Source: a phage. Taken from it: a DNA stretch of 45,190 nt. Location of the stretch: the sequence record PZ050807.1. The stretch is one strand, 5' to 3'. The position numbers and the translations under genes are program-made. This document shows, in pieces, positions 44,629 to 45,190 of this stretch (the stretch's first letter is position 1; each line of letters starts with the position of its first letter). Under the pieces are notes generated by a model. That model did not search any database and was not told where the DNA came from. It saw only the letters and a list, made by a program, of their open reading frames with translations.

Positions 44629-44651
44629 CCAATTTATGAGGAGTTTTCGCT

Positions 44652-45190
44652 ATGGCAGCGGGTACACTTAACGTAACAAACAACAGCAAGGCCGTAACGG
44701 GGTCGGGCACGACGTTTACGTCATTGAAAGCGGGCGACTTTTTATCGCTGGTGGTGGGGCAAGTCCCGTACACCGTCGCTATTGAGTCAATCCAGAGCAA
44801 CACGGCGCTTACGCTGGCGCTGCCGTTTGACGGCCCAACGTCTACCGGTCTGGCGTGGGACTCCGTATCCCGCGATACGATGTCGCTGGCGACTATGGGT
44901 GTGACCGTACAGGCGCAGAAAGCGCTACGCATGTTGATTGCTGATGAAAACAACTGGCGAGCAATCTTCGGCGACGCAGAGCAAATCAGCGTGACACTGC
45001 CAAACGGCACGGTTATGCAGGGTATGTCGTGGGGATATTTGTCCAGCCTTCTAAAAGACGTCGATCCGGTTGAGCTTCAGAATATTGCCAACCAGGCGGT
45101 TAACGCTAAAAACCAGGCTGTAACGGCGAAGAACGACGCCGTGTCTGCTAAGAACGATGCGCAGACTGCGAAGACTGCCGCAGAAACAGC
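44652..45190 (+). CDS. Side tail fibre protein, N-terminal part (runs off the window end; continues at 1..1589)
   Basis: ATG 44652 with RBS GAGGAG; open to the window end; in frame with the ORF at the window start. Confidence 0.6.
   Translation, partial: MAAGTLNVTNNSKAVTGSGTTFTSLKAGDFLSLVVGQVPYTVAIESIQSNTALTLALPFDGPTSTGLAWDSVSRDTMSLATMGVTVQAQKALRMLIADENNWRAIFGDAEQISVTLPNGTVMQGMSWGYLSSLLKDVDPVELQNIANQAVNAKNQAVTAKNDAVSAKNDAQTAKTAAET
45100..45190. repeat. Terminal direct repeat (second copy of 1..91)
   Basis: 91/91 identity with the window start. Confidence 0.9.

Noticed and set aside
44588-44651. Plus-strand promoter for the tail-fibre gene (TTGACA at 44588)
   Set aside because: No acceptable -10 hexamer at 16-18 bp spacing; the fibre promoter remains unlocated
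1-45190. tRNA genes, integrase/attP and CI-like repressor
   Set aside because: No integrase-like or repressor-like ORF and no obvious cloverleaf seen by eye; a tRNAscan-SE run would be needed to exclude tRNAs formally

Overview
The window is slightly more than one unit of a complete, circularly closed or circularly permuted tailed-phage genome of about 45.1 kb: positions 1..91 are identical to 45100..45190, and a tail-fibre gene reads in frame across that join. No integrase, repressor or RNA polymerase was recognised, so I infer a virulent siphovirus that relies on host sigma70 RNA polymerase; a host among the Enterobacteria is a guess from promoter and lipobox style only. All protein calls rest on motifs read by eye from the supplied translations; no database search was run.

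Layout:
- 2764..14632, minus strand: early replication, recombination and DNA-modification operon. It holds a family-A DNA polymerase, an SF2 helicase, a Cas4/RecB-like exonuclease, a VRR-NUC nuclease, a gp2.5-like SSB candidate, a Dam-like N6A methyltransferase and a compact C5-methyltransferase-like protein, driven from a divergent control region at 14633..14883.
- 14884..22555, plus strand: HTH protein, primase-helicase, small genes, a holin/endolysin lysis cassette, an Ig-like protein and an HTH-metallophosphoesterase.
- 22684..43350, plus strand: morphogenesis operon. Order is terminase small and large subunits, portal, head morphogenesis protein, overlapped Rz/Rz1 spanins, scaffold, major capsid, connectors, major tail, G/GT chaperones with a -1 frameshift, tape measure, then lambda-like M/L/K/I/J tail-tip genes.
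- 44652 through the join to 2736: tail-fibre genes.

Most worth a second look:
- Two paralogous structured non-coding elements built from GGGAC iterons, a GGGACGTCCC palindrome and a stem-loop that carries a compensatory change (17581..17755 and 34104..34440).
- A TTGGTTGC(A/C) 9-mer present about 16 times, only in intergenic DNA, defining a family of early promoters and a tri-iteron array after the primase gene.
- Two inverted, promoter-equipped cassettes inside the structural module (27688..28449, and 43378..44570 encoding a lipoprotein plus a beta-rich protein).
- Spanins displaced about 6.5 kb from the holin/endolysin cassette.
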